Part shown: positions 58,929 through 64,000 of the stretch, in pieces
Layout of the letters: the number at the start of each line of letters is the position of its first letter
How positions within the stretch are numbered: position 1 is the first letter of the stretch
NCBI GenBank assembly: GCA_950097015.1
Contig: CATNEN010000039.1
Coordinates: forward strand, 8,618,001 to 8,682,000
DNA length: 64,000 nucleotides
From: Macrostomum hystrix
Lineage: Eukaryota; Animalia; Platyhelminthes
Direction of reading: 5' to 3'
The notes under the pieces: generated by a model
Told to the model about the DNA's origin: nothing
The model's database searches: none
What the model saw: the letters and a program-made list of their open reading frames with translations, nothing else
Position numbers and translations under genes: made by a program

Positions 58929-60990
58929 CTAATTAAAGAAAATAAATTCAGAGAAAGTTCCAGTTTTCATAAAATCGCGATCGTGAGAAACAATAATGTA
59001 AATACAATATCTATGTTTAAAATAGATGTTCCCAATGTTCTGGGAACCCATTACGAATTTTCTTCGACTGTATTTTGGATTTCCTTAGAATATTATTCTG
59101 CTGCCTAGCTTTTCATTGTTTTCATAAGGTCGACGTACCTGCCAGTTTTAATCACTACTGAAGTGTCCAGGCTTCAAATTTATTGTTGCACTTTCGAAAA
59201 CACGTAAGCTCTAGATATATTTGTTCATAAAATGGGACGAATTTGTTTATAGTAGCATACGATCTGTCTAGGAGTTGTCCGTCATGCGGACCTCGCACGC
59301 GATGCATGTTTATGATTCGTAGAAAGGAACGTTTTTAAAGTTGTAGCAGGCAAGACATTATTTTAAACAAATAAACTGAATCTAAATTTAAAAGTGACTC
59401 TATACCAGAAACATAAAACATTGCTTATTTTGCTATATTTATTTATCCAAATAATTTGCCTGTTGCTTTACCGTACACATATAGTGATAACTGAAAAGTA
59501 AGGGGTTTTAAACTGGGATATTAGACGTAACGTAAGTTCAATCTGCAGTTCTCAGTATCAGCACTGAATATCGCCACTTCAAAAATGTTGTCCCGTCATT
59601 TTAGGTTATATTTATAACTTTAGTAATCTTAAAACCCGGTATGCTTCGTGTTTTAATGTATTTTGATAAAATTTCTTGTATTTACGTAACGTAACCATTT
59701 CCAATAGAAGCAATTCCAAATGTATTAATGAAATCGAAAAATCGAAAACTTATTATATATACGTCTGGAAACAGATTACTTTCTTCATGCGTCCTAAAAA
59801 TATGTTTACTCAAAACGTTTCTTCCGTTTTTATTTAAGTATTCTTATTGATCATTGTATGACATAATTTTTCTATCAAAAGCGAATTTGTCAAAAGCAAT
59901 AGTTAAAAGTTATTCGTTTGGAAAGCTGAAATTTGAGCTTTTTGATGTATATATATAAGTTTTTATTCATATATGAAGTTATTGCAGCTTGAGACTGTAT
60001 TCTCGAACTACTCACAAGAAGCTATTGGGAGTTACAAATAAATTAGCAATTGAAAGGATTAACTTTACTAAATTTTATATTTTTAAGTTTTGAATTTTAG
60101 AATATTTTCTTGAGTTTCTAAAGATTTTATTAATATTTGAATACGATAACAAGCAGATACGTAAATTGCATTTAGTGTAAATTGAATATCTAGGTGGTAT
60201 TTTTGTTATTTAGTAAATGACTTATGCTAAAAATAACTTGTTCATAATATTCTTAATACATTTGCTGTTTGTAAATATAAATAAAATTAAATCATTCGCA
60301 AGAGTTTACATAAAACCAACGCTAATAAAAAAGTTAAACATAAATAATTTCATATCGCATAACTTCAACTGATAATATGAAAGAGGCTAAATTGTTGTTA
60401 AATCCTTTGAATTGTTTGAATTCGAAGGAATATTGAATTGTTATTAAGTTATCATATTTGCACGTACTTCGTACATGACAAGCCGCAACACTGTTAATTA
60501 GGTTTAAACTATTTACAACTATAATTAAACTCTGCTTTAACCAGCATTTATATATATATTAGTAGACATCATTTTTTCATACAACAGGTCTCAATTAAAT
60601 GAAGTCGTGCCGTATTGCAAAGAGAATCGGAATTGAGAAACATTAAGTAGATATTAGAACAATAACGTTTTTTTTATTGACACCAAAATGAGATAATTAG
60701 CGATCGATAAAAATGTTACTGAAGTATTATGCATAACTAAAAATGAACAAAAGCATCATATCAGACTTAATGAAAAATATTTAAACAACTCATCGACCAG
60801 GCCGATTGGAATTGGAATTTAAACAAGCAATCCTCGCGGCACGAGATGGCTCAACTCTTCGTCTCACTGAAATGAGTAATGATTATTTTATATGTAGGAG
60901 GTCTGTTTACACTCGTATATAATTTGGTGACAATAGGCCCACAGCCAGCGAGGAGGCTTTATGCCCGTTCCGAATGAATGAGGCCTTAAC
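58929..60990 (-). promoter_or_regulatory. AT-rich, array-free region upstream of the Fat-like ATG exon (promoter, 5'-UTR intron or outron), ending in a splice acceptor
   Basis: TTTATTTTCTTTAATTAG acceptor at 58929-58946, 37 nt before the ATG; no ORF of 60 aa or more starts here and no tandem array. Confidence 0.45.
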
Positions 60991-61047
60991 ACTACATCGA
61001 ACTCAAGCATCTTGGTCGAGAGGCAGTTACACGGGTAGTTACACGTG

Positions 61048-62638
61048 TAAGCCATGCCATAAAAGACTGGGCAAGCCATGACACCAAAGACTGGGCAAGC
61101 CATGCAACCAAAGACTGGGTAAGCCATGCCACCAAAGACTGGGCAAGCCATGCCACCAAAGACTGGGTAAGCCATGCAACCAAAGACTGGGTAAGCCATG
61201 CCACCAAAGACTGGGAAAGCCATGCCACCAAAGACTGGGCAAGCCATGCCACCAAAGACTGGGCAAGCCATGCCACCAAAGACTGGGCAAGCCGTGCAAC
61301 CAAAGACTGGGCAAGCCATGCCACCAAAGACTGGGCAAGCCATGCAACCAAAGACTGGGCAAGCCATGCCACCAAAGACTGGGTAAGCCATGCCACCAAA
61401 GACTGGGTAAGCCATGCCACCAAAGACTGGGAAAGCCATGCCACCAAAGACTGGGTAAGCCATGCCACCAAAGACTGGGCAAGCCGTGCCAGTGCCACCA
61501 AAGACTGGGTAAGCCGTGCCACCAAAGACTGGGCAAGCCGTGCCACCAAAGACTGGGTAAGCCATGCCACCAAAGACTGGGTAAGCCATGCCACCAAAGA
61601 CTGGGCAAGCCATGCAACCAAAGACTGGGCAAGCCATGCCACCAAAGACTGGGTAAGCCATGCCACCAAAGACTGGGTAAGCCATGCCACCAAAGACTGG
61701 GAAAGCCATGCCACCAAAGACTGGGTAAGCCATGCCACCAAAGACTGGGCAAGCCATGCCACCAAAGACTGGGCAAGCCGTGCCACCAAAGACTGGGCAA
61801 GCCGTGCCACCAAAGACTGGGTAAGCCATGCCACCAAAGACTGGGTAAGCCATGCCACCAAAGACTGGGAAAGCCATGCCACCAAAGACTGGGTAAGCCA
61901 TGCCACCAAAGACTGGGCAAGCCATGCCACCAAAGACTGGGCAAGCCGTGCCACCAAAGACTGGGCAAGCCGTGCCACCAAAGACTGGGTAAGCCATGCC
62001 ACCAAAGACTGGGTAAGCCATGCCACCAAAGACTGGGCAAGCCATGCAACCAAAGACTGGGCAAGCCATGCCACCAAAGACTGGGTAAGCCATGCCACCA
62101 AAGACTGGGCAAGCCGTGCCACCAAAGACTGGGCAAGCCGTGCCACCAAAGACTGGGTAAGCCATGCCACCAAAGACTGGGTAAGCCATGCCACCAAAGA
62201 CTGGGCAAGCCATGCAACCAAAGACTGGGCAAGCCATGCCACCAAAGACTGGGTAAGCCATGCCACCAAAGACTGGGCAAGCCATGCCACCAAAGACTGG
62301 GTAAGCCATGCCACCAAAGACTGGGCAAGCCATGCCACCAAAGACTGGGCAAGCCATGCCACCAAAGACTGGGTAAGCCATGCCACCAAAGACTGGGCAA
62401 GCCGTGCCAGTGCCACCAAAGACTGGGTAAGCCATGCCACCAAAGACTGGGCAAGCCGTGCCACCAAAGACTGGGCAAGCCGTGCCACCAAAGACTGGGT
62501 AAGCCATCCCACCAAAGACTGGGCAAGCCGTGCCACCAAAGACTGGGTAAGCCATGCAACCAAAGACTGGGTAAGCCATGCCACCAAAGACTGGGCAAGC
62601 CATGCCACCAAAGACTGGGCAAGCCATGCATGCCACCA
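61048..62638. repeat. 24-bp minisatellite (GCCATGCCACCAAAGACTGGGYAA), intergenic
   Basis: About 65 copies. Confidence 0.97.
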
Positions 62639-62856
62639 ACGCTGACTGGCATACAGGAGTGTACTGGAGCTTATTGGAAAAGTCGACCTTCTGAACTTCT
62701 GATGCGTTAGAGTTGCGAATAGTGTCCTTCGTTGCAGTAGCTAATAAACTCAAAGTTTTCGTGTGCACTCATTTTCATTCTCTCACCCCGCCTTGAGTCG
62801 TGTTCTCGCCTCCCTTGGTATTTCACACTGTTAATTAGGAATTCCAGTCGACTTAC

Positions 62857-63768
62857 GCGGCCAGAGCTGCAGACGTCTGAGAATGCCACTCAGCCTGGCG
62901 CGCGCTCCAACAAAGAGCCAGTGCAGGCGGCGTCTTCCAGCACTGCTAACGAGAAGCTTGTCCACTATGGCGGCGGCCTGGCTCGCCTCCGCCTGAAGTC
63001 GGCGTCTAACAGCCAGCTGGCGTCGCGCGCGCGTTATCGATCGGGCCGCCGCTTCGGCGGCGCAAACCCGCCGTTTGAGACGAGTCACTTTTCTGGCCAG
63101 GGCGTCACTTCTTCTGCGCGCCTTGACGGCGCATAGCTGGCGTTGAAGCGTTTTTAGCCGAAGTCGCTTCTGCGACAATTCTGTCGATCTTGTTGAAGTT
63201 GTCGCCGTTTGACGGTTAGGACCGCATTTAAGAGGCTGCCGTTGCTTCTGCCACACCTGGACGAGGGACGAAAAAAACTCTTCAATTAGGATTAAAGGGA
63301 TTAGACACTTCCATCATAGTGTGATAAAGATGAATTATGAAGGCTATTATGAAGAGTGAATGAGCACGACTCACAGCAGTTGCCAGACTATGCCATTGGA
63401 TTCGCAGGTGAGTTAGCTTATCATCAACCTGTCGCTCGGATTCGCTAAGTTGCTGCATTCTTTGACGCTTCAACCTGCGTCGCTCCAATATTACCAGATC
63501 CTGCATCTGTTGCTTGACAACATCTAAACAAAGAACGAAATTATAATTCAGTGAAATAATGACGAGCTCAATATTCTACAAAATTGATCTAAACATTAAA
63601 ATCCACCGTACCCTTTGGAGCTTCATCAATACATTTGAGTTCTTTAAGTTGTATGGCTGCTCTTGACTCTTTGAGCTGCGCCTGAGTCTGCCGATGAGTT
63701 GCCGACACCGCCGCCGCTTGAGCCAGCAGCTGCTTAGCGTTATCAAGCTCGGCTCGGCGATTCACTAG
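62857..63768 (-). CDS. 3' exons of an unidentified basic coiled-coil protein gene (63612-63768, 63375-63523, 62857-63256; possible last exon 62707-62813)
   Basis: GT-AG introns with matching phases join LVNRRAELDNAKQLL...EAPK|DVVKQQMQDLVILERRR...SLATA|VWQKQRQ...LQLWP. Composition is helical and Q/R/K/L-rich. No family recognised; the 5' part is not found in the window. Confidence 0.7.
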
Positions 63769-63817
63769 CTGGCGGAGAGTTTATCATATTATTTCATATC
63801 ATATTGTTCATATTCTC

Positions 63818-64000
63818 GCTTGTCTCTCGCACTAAAACCACTGAGCTCGATTCCGCAGTGAGGCCACATTCATTTGGCAGCTTGTCGACTAGTTTACGCC
63901 CTTGTGGGCCGATCTCCAAGTCACAGTGTACAGGGTATACACTGCCGGACGATGAGAAAGTCAGGGCAGATGTACACACCTGTGTTAGTGTGAGTCTGCG
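63818..64000 (+). mobile_element. SINE family A copy, running off the window edge
   Basis: TTGTCTCTCGCAC..CTGAGCTCGATTCCGC...GATGAGAAAGTCAGGGCAGATGTACACACCTG. Confidence 0.8.

Noticed and set aside
60888-62768. Long ORFs (537-626 aa) in three frames
   Set aside because: Translation of a stop-free 24-bp minisatellite.

Overview
Eukaryotic, intron-rich, minisatellite-saturated animal DNA; the style suggests a flatworm such as Macrostomum, but that is inference only. Most of the window (2757-58891, minus strand) is the 5' part of one giant Fat-like protocadherin gene. I reconstructed 15 GT-AG exons with consistent splice phases (11,949 nt, 3,983 codons). The protein starts with a signal peptide and runs off the left edge before any EGF/LamG/TM region. 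The 3' exons of a second minus-strand gene, a coiled-coil protein, lie at ~62.7-63.8 kb. The introns hold ~30 different tandem arrays, two tRNA-derived SINE families, two 5'-truncated RNase H-bearing LINEs (LOA/R1-group-like) and one full-length Ingi-like LINE (APE-RT-RNase H-Zn finger). Main highlights: (1) a complete HDV-like ribozyme fold starts exactly at the first base of the Ingi-like element; (2) that element sits, with a 13-bp TSD, inside the tRNA-like head of a SINE; (3) the same SINE family shares a covarying 3' RNA structure with the LOA-like LINEs, suggesting a SINE-LINE partnership.
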